A DNA stretch of 64,000 nt, taken from NCBI RefSeq assembly GCF_001194135.2, contig NC_068981.1:158274269-158338268 (forward strand), written 5' to 3'. A model generated the notes under the pieces. The model did not search any database. It was not told the origin of the DNA and saw nothing but the letters and a program-made list of their open reading frames with translations. This document shows, piece after piece, positions 12,600-23,669 of this stretch (the first letter of the stretch is position 1; each line of letters begins with the position of its first letter). Source of the DNA: Octopus bimaculoides (taxonomy: Eukaryota). Made by a program: the position numbers and the translations under genes.

Positions 12600-12825
12600 C
12601 CTTATTTATGCCTTGTCTTGTATATCACTCTGTGTAAAAATCAGTATAACTAGAACACAACTACAGATTTACAATATAGAATGGTGATAAACTATAACCT
12701 TGGGCCCTGCCACATAAATACACAGTTTTTTTACTAATCTAAACAATATTGCCTGGTGTACTAACAGTGAGCTTATAAAGTATTTTACACAGACTGATAA
12801 TCCCTCAATAATAACTATATATATA
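12600..12825. repeat. Unclassified ~220-bp dispersed repeat (second copy at about 18160-18365)
   Basis: Shared GTCTTGTATATCACTCTGTGTAAAAA.CAGTATAA...TTTACTAATCTAAACAATATTG...GCTTATAAAGTATTTT...GATAATCC. Confidence 0.75.
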
Positions 12826-13917
12826 TATATATNNNNNNNNNNNNNNNNNNNNNNNNNNNNNNNNNNNNNNNNNNNNNNNATATATACACCATCATCATCA
12901 TTTAGCATCTGCTTTCCATGCTGGCATGGGCTAGATGGTTTGACTGGAATAGGTAAGCTGGAGAACTGCACCAAGTTCTAGTTTGATTTGACATGGTTTC
13001 TACTGCTGGATGCCCTTCCTAATGCCAACCACTCCAAGAGTGTAATGGGTGCTTTTTATGTGTCACCTGCATGAATGCTTTTATGTGCTACTGGCATTGG
13101 CCACAAATACAATTTCACTTGGCTTGATGAGTCTTCTGAAGCACGGTATATCGCCAAAGGTCTCAGTCACTTATCATCATCTCTATGAGGCCCAGCGTTC
13201 GAAGATCATGCTGTATATATATATATAAAATATATACTGTGTCAACTTTTCTACATCCCAAATGTCCTTTATGTCATCAACCCTCACCCATTTCCAAATA
13301 AAGTAATGTGTGTGTAATAAAGATAGCATTACAAGATGTCAGTTGTGAGTTGATTGTTTATAGTCTTTATCCCATTTGCCATGATTAAAAGAAATGGTGA
13401 AATGGCACACTCAATCATAATGCATGTCTCCAGTACTTGCCTGATGACCATGAATTTCTTAGTGGTAATTCACATGAATATAGAGCATTGGTGCCACCTA
13501 CATTCTTTCAAACATTTCAAAATGCAAATGAATCCAATGCATTTATCAGTACATTGGAAATGGATCCATCTGTTTTTGCCAAACAACCAGAATGTTCTTT
13601 CTTCTTTGTTTAATATACTGAATTGAACTCCAAGTCATTTGAGCATGCTCACAGCAAACTGCAACTCCATTTGTGTATCATCATCATCATCATCATCATC
13701 GTTATCATCATCATTTAATGTCTGTTTTCCATGCTGGCATGTGTTGGACGGTTTGATAGGAGCTGACCAGTTGAAGGGCTGTTTGGGCTCCATGTCTGTT
13801 ATTGCTCGGTTTCTATGGTCGGATACCCTTCCTAATGCCAACCACTTTACAGAGTGTACTGGGTGCTTTTATGCAACACTGGTACAGGTGCTTTTGTTGT
13901 AGCATCAGCACATGCGC

Positions 13918-13964
<47 letters not shown>

Positions 13965-15025
13965 CACCCATGCTGGGATACTACCTTGAAGAGTTTAGTC
14001 AAATGAATTGACCCCAGTACTTATTTTATTTTAAAGCTTGGTACTTATGCTGTTAGTCTCTTTTGCTGAACTGCTAGGTTACAGAGACATTAACAAACCA
14101 ACACTGGTTGTCATGTGATGGTGGTGGTGGTTAGTTACAAACACACGCACATTACAGGCTTTATTCAGTTCCTGTCTAGAAAATCCACTCACAAGTCTTT
14201 GGTAGGTCCAGGACTATTGTAAAAGGCAATTATTCAAGGTGCCATGCAGTGGAATTGAATTCAGAACCATGTGGTTGAGAAGCAAACTTCTTACCATATA
14301 GCCATGACTATATATATATGCTGAATAATACTGAAGTAAAGGTCTTATCAGCATATTTACTTGATGCTAGATTATGACAAATATAAGAAACTCTGTACAT
14401 ATCAGAGACACAGACTATGCTCAACAGAATAAGAGAAATAGCAGTGGTCTTCCAACCACCACTACCATCTCCAGATCCCAGACATACTCACTCACCTCTA
14501 CTATACAGATATACATGAGTGTGTGCACGTGCACGGATGTTTTGTGCTGGTGTGTAATTGTATGAATACATACACACACTGACACACACACACACACACA
14601 CACATACACACACTTTTGCCAAAACAGGCACAAAGCCAGAAATTGGTTAGAGGGTTGTTCCTCCTTTTTTCAATGTCTGTCTTTGTTCCTCTGTTTGAAA
14701 CAATAATTCTTATATACTAATAGGTATGTATGTTAGTAAGTGTGGAAAATAATATAGAAAAATTAGCAATGACTAACCACTACCGCCTGACCTTGGATAT
14801 GTGTGCCCTACCATCACTACATGTATCTTGTTTTAATCATTTGACTGCAGCCATGCTGGGGGCCTTGGGGAATTTTAGTCAAACTAATCGACCTCAGTAT
14901 TTATTTCCTTATTAAGCTTCGTATATATTCTATTGGTATCTTTTGCCAAACCGCTAAGTTATAGGGACATAGACACACCAACAGCAGTTGTCAAATAGTA
15001 GTGGAGGACAATCACAGGTACAAAG

Positions 15026-15081
<56 letters not shown>

Positions 15082-16410
15082 CAAGCTTCTTTCAGTATCC
15101 ATCTACAAAATCCACTCACAAGGCTTTGGTCAGCCTGAAGCTATAGTAGAAAACACTTTCCCAAGGTGCTATGCAGTGGGACTGAACCTGGAACCATGTA
15201 GTTGGGAAGCAAACTTATTACCACACAGCCATGCTTGTGTGTGTGTCTGTGTGTGTGTATGTATGCTTGCATGTGTATGTTGTCATCATGATCATCAAAA
15301 TTTAACATCTATTTTCCCTGCTGGCATAGGTTGGGCTGCTTGACAAGAACTGGCAAGGCCAAGGGCCGCTCCAGGTTACATAGTCTGTTTTGACTCGCTT
15401 GCTATGGCTGGATGCCCTTCCTAACGCCAACCACTATACAGAGTATACTGGGTGCTTATTCATACATTTATGTAAGTATGCTTGCATATGAGTGAGGAGA
15501 TGTATTGTTTGATATGTGCATAAAAGTGGATATATGGTCGTGTATGTGAATGTATGGGTCCTCATGCATGTATGTGTGTGTGTGCTCAAACATACCTATT
15601 TATTGATATAGATAGATAGATAGATAGATATTTACAATTTAAATATAGGATAAAATCTTTATAAGATTTTATCAAGTAGTCAGTGTGAAAAACCTCATAT
15701 GATCTGTGCCTAAATCTGTTTTTAAGGAGCTCGCTTCAAGAGTTGCATTCCCTCGCATTCGGTACAATGTGTTTATTATGGTAGTTTTGATTTTAAGAGT
15801 CCCTCGTAGCATGAGGCATTCATGTATAGTAATGCCCTTAATATAAATAGATAGATAGATAGACGGACAGAGAGTGACAAACATATTTTTACAAGAAAAT
15901 GGTTAATGGTTTCATTTAAGTCTCTGCTTTGTAGCCTTAGTCAGGCTGTCAATTTTTTTTTTACTTAATATGATACTCCGCTGAAACATATTGAGTAATC
16001 CTTCAATTTAATGTTTGACTTATTTTATATATAAGCTTATAAAGCTTAGCCATTACTCACAAGCAAGTGATAGCCTTATATATAAAAAAATCTGGTCACT
16101 TGTATCATGCTGTCATTAATTGTTATGATATTATAAGGGCCATATAGTTACAAGCAGACATAGGCACCCTCTTAGCCTTCTGAGTCTTGACTTAGCATAA
16201 CATTGAGTGCGATACAGCTGAAAGGAGAGAAGACTGTGCTAGCAATTGGCCAATACTCAATTGAGTAGACTGGATCAACATGAAATAATGTCTTGCTCCA
16301 TGATACAGCATGCTACCTGGTCATGGAATCAAAACCTAAACTTTATTATCATGAGCCTAACCACTAGGCTCTGTGCCTTCACATTTTTATGTGTGTGTGT
16401 GTGTGTGTGA

Positions 16411-16666
16411 AGGCATGTGGCCTAGTAGTTAGGCTGTTGCGCTCACAATCACTAGATTGTGGGTTCAATTCCCTGACTGGGTGACGAGTTGTGTTCTTGA
16501 GCAAAACTCTTCATTTCACATTGCTCCAGGCTCCCTTCAATCAGTGGAGCATGTTGGCCTGCTTGCCTAGCTAGTGGGGTGCATCAATTGAAGGCTAAAA
16601 CAATGCAAAAAGTGCATTGTGACCGGCGATGTGTAACAACATCTGATAGCCTGGTCAGTCATGTGA

Positions 16667-16707
<41 letters not shown>

Positions 16708-17096
16708 TGTGGCACTCCATCAGTTACGACGATGAGGGTTCCAGTTGATCTGATCAACGGAAAAGTGTGCTATTGAAATTAACATGCAAGTGACTAAGCA
16801 CTCTGCAGACACATGTACCCTTAACATAGTTCTCGGGGAGATTCAGTGTGACACAGAATGTGACAAGGCTGGCCCTTTGAAATACAGGTACAACAGAAAC
16901 AGGAAGAAAAATTGAGAGAAAGTTGTGGTGAAAGAATACAGTAGGGTTCACCACCACCCCGCTGCCGGAGCGTTGTGGAGCTTTAGGTGTTTTCACTCAA
17001 TAAACACTCACAACACGCGGTCTGGAAATCAAAACCACGATCCTATGACTGCAAGTCTGCTGCCCTAACCACTGGAGCCATTGCACCTCCACTATA

Positions 17097-17138
<42 letters not shown>

Positions 17139-17440
17139 GTATGTATATCACTATTGACCAGACTATCTGATGTTGTTATACACCACTGCTCACAATGCCA
17201 TTCTTCACATTGTTGTAGTTTTTGAATGATGCCACCTCCCACCCCACTGGTTGGGCATGCAGGCCAACATTCCCCTTAAATGGGATGTCAGTCTGTTGCA
17301 GGGATACCCATTTACTAATGAATGGACTGCAGCATTGTGAAATGAAGTGTTTTGCTCAAGATCACAATGTACTTCCAGTTTGGGAGTCAAAACCACAATT
17401 TTGTGATCATGTGTGTGACACCCTAATCTCTAGGTCGCAT
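16411..17440. mobile_element. Cluster of SINE family C pieces (head GGCRYGTGGCCTAGTRGTTAGG; body AACATGCAAGTGRCTGAGYACTCCACAGACA...GAATGTGACAAGGCTGGCCC) in both orientations, split by (TA)n
   Basis: tRNA-like head at 16411(+) and reverse heads near 17090 and 17440; body homologous to about 200-360, 37200-37360 and 37700-37985. Confidence 0.7.
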
Positions 17441-18418
17441 GCTTTCACATATAAAGGCAAATATTAATATATATGCGTATTTATCTATGTATGCACATAG
17501 ATGTTTATAGGTGCTTGCATATGTATGCATGTTTGTGAATAAATACATACAGATGTGGATAGATTGTTTATATAAGAATATAAGAAAGCTCTCAGCTATA
17601 GAACTGTAACCTATGTAGATACAATAGGTTACTAAAATAAGTAACAAGCATGTACATGTGCACACAGACACATACATCTATCGTCACATGCATGTGCACA
17701 CACACACACACACACACACACACCTACATACATAGGCAATGACAAAACAAGACAGAAAATCTCAATAACGTACATTCTTACCTTCAGCATCATACACACA
17801 CTCTCATTCACGCACATTCCCCACAAGTATAAATATAAATTAACATTTAACAGATCCAGTTTGAATTAATGTGTTAGCGTTAGAGCTATGAGAGTATGTC
17901 ATTCGTGAGGTTCCAAATGGCAACAAAAGGACTTTAACAAACCAACTGACTGACCAGTTGATCTCATGATTAATCAAGCCATCATTTAATTAATTGGTTT
18001 ATCAGTGAACTAGTTGACTTTTAATCATTAAAAGAAGTGAAATAGAACCACCAGTGTCACTGTTTTTAATAGCAAAATGACCTTATAAAGATAACATATC
18101 TATTTCAACAAATGATTTCACATCAAGGATCTTGTGAAATAACACAAAAATTAAATATATGTCTTGTATATCACTCTGTGTAAAAACCAGTATAATTGGA
18201 ACACAACTATGGATTCACAACATAGAATGGTGATGAACTATAATCTCAGACACTGCCTCAATAATCCACTGTTCTTTACTAATCTAAACAATATTGTTAG
18301 CTTGATGTACTAACAGAAAGCTTATAAAGTATTTTGCTTGGATTGATAATCCTTCATTAATAACTCAAAAATTGAATGTGTGTTTGTGTAGAAAAGTAAC
18401 ACACGAGTTGATATGTAT

Positions 18419-18557
18419 AAGGAAAATAAGACAAGATAGAAAATGCTAAAATAGTTTTATCATGAAGTAATAAAATAATTTTAAGACTGAAACCGGTACT
18501 AATCTGTACTTCATGATAAAATTATTTTAGCATTTTCTACCTTGTCTTATTTTCTTT
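18419..18557. repeat. Small fold-back/MITE-like element with 51-bp inverted arms
   Basis: AAGGAAAATAAGACAAGATAGAAAATGCTAAAATAGTTTTATCATGAAGTA (18419-18469) vs RC of 18507-18557; about 3 mismatches. Confidence 0.85.
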
Positions 18558-18940
18558 AAATTCTTTTACTTGTTTCAGTCATTTGACTGTGGCCATGCTG
18601 GAGCACCACCTTTAGTCAAACAAATGAACCCCAGGACTTATTCTTTGTAAGCCTAGTACTTATTCTATTGGTCTCTTTTGCCAAACTGTTAAGTTATGGG
18701 GATGTAAACACTCCAACATCGGTTGTCAAGCGATGGTGGAGGGACAAACACAGACACACAAACATATAGACACACACACACACATATATATATGTATATG
18801 ACAGGTTTCATTCAGTATCCGTCTACCAAATCCACTCACAAGGCTTTGGTCGGCCCGAGGCTATAGTAGAAGACACTTGCCCAAGGTGCCACACAGTGGG
18901 ACTGAATCCAGAACCATGTGGTTGGTAAGCAAGCTACTTA

Positions 18941-18985
<45 letters not shown>

Positions 18986-19693
18986 ATGATATGATATGAT
19001 TTGAACTTCAGGTTTTGTCCTCAAGGGCTTATTCAAACACTGAAATTGTAAAAAAAAAATGGCTCACCTTATTACCAAACATCAGACAATTTTTCACAAA
19101 AAGTAGGTGTTAACTAAAGAAGGAAGAAGTTCTGGTTACTAGTCAACAAAATTGGTACTGTGGTTGGAAATCATGGAAAAGAAGACAGATTAAGAGTCAA
19201 AGGTACAAAAAAAAACAGAGGGAGGAACATACTTACAAGGATTAGGGGGTGGGCATAAACAGGAAAAACAAAGGGTGATACTTTATTATTAGTGAAATGG
19301 GGGAGTAGGATGCTGTGGTCAGTATGTAGGGAGGCAAATAAAATATGAAGAATCTTCAGAAAAACTGATGTTATTTGAGATAAGAAATAGTGATTTAAGG
19401 AACACTTTTAAAGGAAATCTGGTTTGTAGATCTATACAACAGACACGCATGCACCCACACACACAGACATACACATATTTCAGCTCATTATAGTGTTCTT
19501 ATGGGTCATGTATCACATACAGAAAATTGTAATTCTGGAAGTACAAGCTCAATATTTTAGGTGGTTCTTTTGACTCAGACCATCAGTAGTAGCTAGTGGA
19601 AGTTAGTTGAATGTTGAGCGCTGTATCAGTCCCCAACTCTGCATCTCCTACTTATCATTCTAGTCATATCAAATGCAGGATTATGTACTATAA

Positions 19694-19731
<38 letters not shown>

Positions 19732-20435
19732 ATAAATATACAGGGATTAGCATTGAGTTGCTTCTCCAACATACTGAAAATTTAGAAATAGCAGTCAAAG
19801 AACTACTGATTCTAAACTACAAATTTTTCTCTAAAAGAGATAAATGGTTTTACCGATAAAGGTTTTTTCATACTGAACTACTTGGCAAAATTGTTAATTA
19901 TTAATTCTATTATTAATTGATGATTCCCTGCCCTTATTCTTGTATNNNNNNNNNNNNNNNNNNNNNNNNNNNNNNNNNNNNNNNNNNNNNNNNNNNNNNN
20001 NNNNNNNNNNNNNNNNNNNNNNNNNNNNNNNNNNNNNNNNNNNNNNNNNNNNNNNNNNNNNNNNNNNNNNNNNNNNNNNNNNNNNNNNNNNNNNNNNNNN
20101 NNNNNNNNNNNNNNNNNNNNNNNNNNNNNNNNNNNNNNNNNNNNNNNNNNNNNNNNNNNNNNNNNNNNNNNNNNNNNNNNNNNNNNNNNNNNNNNNNNNN
20201 NNNNNNNNNNNNNNNNNNNNNNNNNNNNNNNNNNNNNNNNNNNNNNNNNNNNNNNNNNNNNNNNNNNNNNNNNNNNNNNNNNNNNNNNNNNNNNNNNNNN
20301 NNNNNNNNNNNNNNNNNNNNNNNNNNNNNTAAGATTAACAGCAGAACATTTAGTGATTATGTGACACTATACTTGAGAGGAGAGTCAAATTTATCGTGAA
20401 GTCCCAGGTAATTTGATCTTTAGTGTGTGTGTGTA

Positions 20436-20479
<44 letters not shown>

Positions 20480-21387
20480 TGTGTGTGTGTGTGTAAGTGT
20501 ACATGTGTATAATCATCAACATCAGTGTCCACCTTTCCATGCTTGCATGCATTAGATGAAATTTGTTGAGCATATTTTCTGTGGCTAGCTGCCCTTCCTG
20601 TCACCAGCTGTCACTTATAGTTAGGTAATATTTCCCATTCCAAGGCATATTTTCCATAGAAGACTGGAAACAAACAACATCATTGCTTGTAAGATGATGA
20701 TATTCTGTTATAACCAACATATGTGAAGACAAAAATACACTCAAACACACACACACACACACACCCACATGATGGGCTTCTGTCAGTTTCTGTCTACTAA
20801 ATCTACTCGCAAGGCTTTGGCTGGCCTGAGACTATAGTAGAAAGCAACTTACCCAAGGTATTGTGCAGTGAACCTGAACCTAAAACCACATGGTTGGGAA
20901 ACAAGCTTCTCTACCACACAGCCATGCTGGCATCTGATAGCCAATATCTTTGGATGAGCTTAATACAGAAAACATCAGGGTTAAATACCCTGATGAAATT
21001 ATTATATATCAAGACACTTTTGCCTGTTCCTTTATCTTGCTTTAACTTCTCAATACCTGGCACAAAGCCACTTCCCCATCTACTACATTCCCACTCAGTT
21101 GAGATGACTTTTTTCTTTGTTCTGCAAGTTACTTAGCAGCTTCACTAGTGCTGGTGCCATGGAAAAAGTTCCCAGTATTCTCTGAAAACTGATTAGTATT
21201 AGGAAAAGCATGCCAAAGCAGACATTGGAGCTCAGTGCAGTCCTCTGTTTTGTTGGATCCTCTCAAACTGTCTTATTTGTGCCAGCATGGAAAACTAGCA
21301 TTAAAGATGATGGTTATGGTGGTGATGCTGGTGGTGGCAGCAGTGATTTATTTATTTACAAAATTCTACTGTAATTACTAATTTCCA

Positions 21388-21414
21388 TTATTTTTCTCTC
21401 TTTTCTCTTTTCAG
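21388..21414 (+). promoter_or_regulatory. 3' splice acceptor (polypyrimidine tract + CAG) of the Kelch coding exon
   Basis: attttttctctcttttctcttttcag|TCAGCC; the exon starts at 21415 and stays open in frame for 21 codons up to the ATG at 21478. Confidence 0.8.
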
Positions 21415-21477
21415 TCAGCCTCTCCGGAAGATTCCATTTACAACAGCAAAAACTTAAACATAAATAATATACCAGCA

Positions 21478-23202
21478 ATGGATTGTATGAAGATTTCTCA
21501 AAACAAAATCAAATATATAAATAAAAACTACCAGAAGTTTCCGCACAAGATCTATGATTCAAAATGTGATATCAAGTTGTCTGTTGGCGGGACAAGTTTC
21601 CGAGTGCATAAACAAGTTCTTTCTGAAGCCAGCGATTACTTTTCGGCTATGTTCCACCATGATATGAAGGAAAAAGAACAAGATGCTATTGAAATTAAAG
21701 ATATCAGTCCCAAGGGATTTTCTGCAATCTTAGACTACTTCTACCATGGTAATATTACAATTAGTCCGGAAAACATTGAAGATGTCTTAGAAGTAGCCCG
21801 ATTCTTCCAAGCTGACTGGATTGTTGATGTGTGCTGCAACTTCCTGGTAGAATACATGAGTTTAGAAAATTATACCTATGTGCAAAACCTAGCAGATAAA
21901 TTTGCTCTTGGAGACTTACAACCTGATATTCTTCAAGTACTTGCTTTAAGTATTAATGAGTTAGTAGAACAGCCCAAGTTCATACAGAATCTTCCGGAAA
22001 ACCTCCTCTTAGCATTTCTTCAATGTGATATATATGTGGAAGCTCATGAACATTTCCTTTTTAAACTTATCCTTGATTGGGTTGATGAAGATCCTTGCAC
22101 TCGCAAACCTTCTCTGTTGCCACTTCTTAAAGAAATACGATTTTCGCTTATGGAGCTTGAAGAACTAGAATCAATTCCTGATTTAGTGCACGAGCTTGAA
22201 GAAATTCACAACGAGGTAGAATTTGCAAAGAATTATGCCTTATGCATCCAAGCACAATGTCTTCAGAATGATGATAAGTTTCTTCCAAGAGGAGCACACA
22301 GTGTATTGACCATGATTTTCTTTCCGGATGACATGTGCACAAACATTGCATACAAAGATCCAGATAACCCTGGACTTTGTGTTGAAGAATTAGATTCTCC
22401 TCTGCACATTCGGTATGAGCATACAAGAGAAACAGTGCTTGGAAACTTTTTGTTTGTTGCTGGAGGTTATACTACCAATTATTGCAGTTCAAATTGTGTG
22501 TTTATGTATGACCCTCGCTTTAGAACTTGGACTGAAATTGCTTCAATGCAAAACCCTCGAGTTTCTTTTGCAATGTGCAGCTCTGACCACAATCTGTTTG
22601 TTTTGGGTGGCATCAACCATATGTTTGTAGACAACAACGAAGTGGAAGTTATTCTCCAAAACTGTGAGATGTATTTCCCTGAAGAAAATGTTTGGGTGGC
22701 TATTCCTGACTTACCTCTCGGTATATTTGATCATGCCAGTGCCTTTGCTAATGACTGTTTGTACTGTAGTGGTGGCATTACAGATAATCCTGAAAATACA
22801 GTACCTGTTTCATTTTTGTATGTCTACAGTTTCAGTACAAAAACCTGGGAAACAAAAGCAGAAATGCTTTACCCTCATCAAAGGCATTGCATGATGGCTA
22901 TCGACAACAAGTTATTTGTATTAGGTGGTTACACCCGAGATAATGAAATCGGTTTTAAAGATTGTTTAACAAATGAATGTTATGATGCTGAAACTAACCA
23001 ATGGACTGAGATTATTAGCACACCATTGGAATATGGCCTTCTTCAGTCACATGCAACACAACTTGAAAATAAAATCTATATTATAGGTGGTGAAAAAACA
23101 AATCTTTATGCCTATGACATTGAAAAAAATACATTTGAGGAACTGGAATTACTTGATCCTAAGATTCAACGAGTTTCTTGTCTTGATGTAGCTTATCCAT
23201 AA
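21478..23202 (+). CDS. Kelch-like protein (BTB-BACK-Kelch repeats, putative CUL3 adaptor); resembles the KLHL9/13/22/26/36 group
   Basis: Intact 574-aa ORF. BTB (CDIKLSVGGTSFRVHKQVLSEASDYFSAMFHHDMKE...ENIEDVLEVARFFQ), BACK (ending ...LLPLLKEIRFSLM) and Kelch repeats with GG-Y/W signatures (FLFVAGGY...YDPRFRTW, LFVLGG...CEMYFPEENVW, LYCSGG, LFVLGGY...CYDAETNQW, IYIIGG). The exact orthologue cannot be named without a search. Confidence 0.95.
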   Translation: MDCMKISQNKIKYINKNYQKFPHKIYDSKCDIKLSVGGTSFRVHKQVLSEASDYFSAMFHHDMKEKEQDAIEIKDISPKGFSAILDYFYHGNITISPENIEDVLEVARFFQADWIVDVCCNFLVEYMSLENYTYVQNLADKFALGDLQPDILQVLALSINELVEQPKFIQNLPENLLLAFLQCDIYVEAHEHFLFKLILDWVDEDPCTRKPSLLPLLKEIRFSLMELEELESIPDLVHELEEIHNEVEFAKNYALCIQAQCLQNDDKFLPRGAHSVLTMIFFPDDMCTNIAYKDPDNPGLCVEELDSPLHIRYEHTRETVLGNFLFVAGGYTTNYCSSNCVFMYDPRFRTWTEIASMQNPRVSFAMCSSDHNLFVLGGINHMFVDNNEVEVILQNCEMYFPEENVWVAIPDLPLGIFDHASAFANDCLYCSGGITDNPENTVPVSFLYVYSFSTKTWETKAEMLYPHQRHCMMAIDNKLFVLGGYTRDNEIGFKDCLTNECYDAETNQWTEIISTPLEYGLLQSHATQLENKIYIIGGEKTNLYAYDIEKNTFEELELLDPKIQRVSCLDVAYP

Positions 23203-23544
23203 AGCATAAGAAACTGCTTATCTTGCAGTAAAAAAATTTTAATTCACAAGACTCTGATGTCAGTCAAAACTTTCAGCAAGATTAACTCCCTGAGGAAATG
23301 ATTTAACATTAACAGATATCAATTTATGAGATAGTTTACTACTAATTTATTACTAACCAACTTCAGCTTAACATTAAAAAACTTTGCATTGTATGTGCTG
23401 TAGAGGTTAAATCCAAAACAAGTCACTTAGTTCTTGGTTGTAGCCTTTCCACATCATGTATATTTCTTATATTCTTGAGAAAAAGCAAGAAAGTTGCAAC
23501 ATGCCAGTTTCTCCTCATAAATTTATACTTTTATGTCTGTAAGA

Positions 23545-23550
23545 AATAAA
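23545..23550 (+). terminator. Candidate polyadenylation signal of the Kelch gene
   Basis: AATAAA ~340 nt after the stop codon, followed by T-rich sequence; position alone is the evidence. Confidence 0.45.
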
Positions 23551-23669
23551 TTTTAACAGATTCCAGTTGAGCAATATAAAGTTACATTTTGTCATTTTGC
23601 TTAAAATTTATATTTTAATATTTTTTTCCAGTGAACACTCATAATATATACTTATATTATAATTATTTA

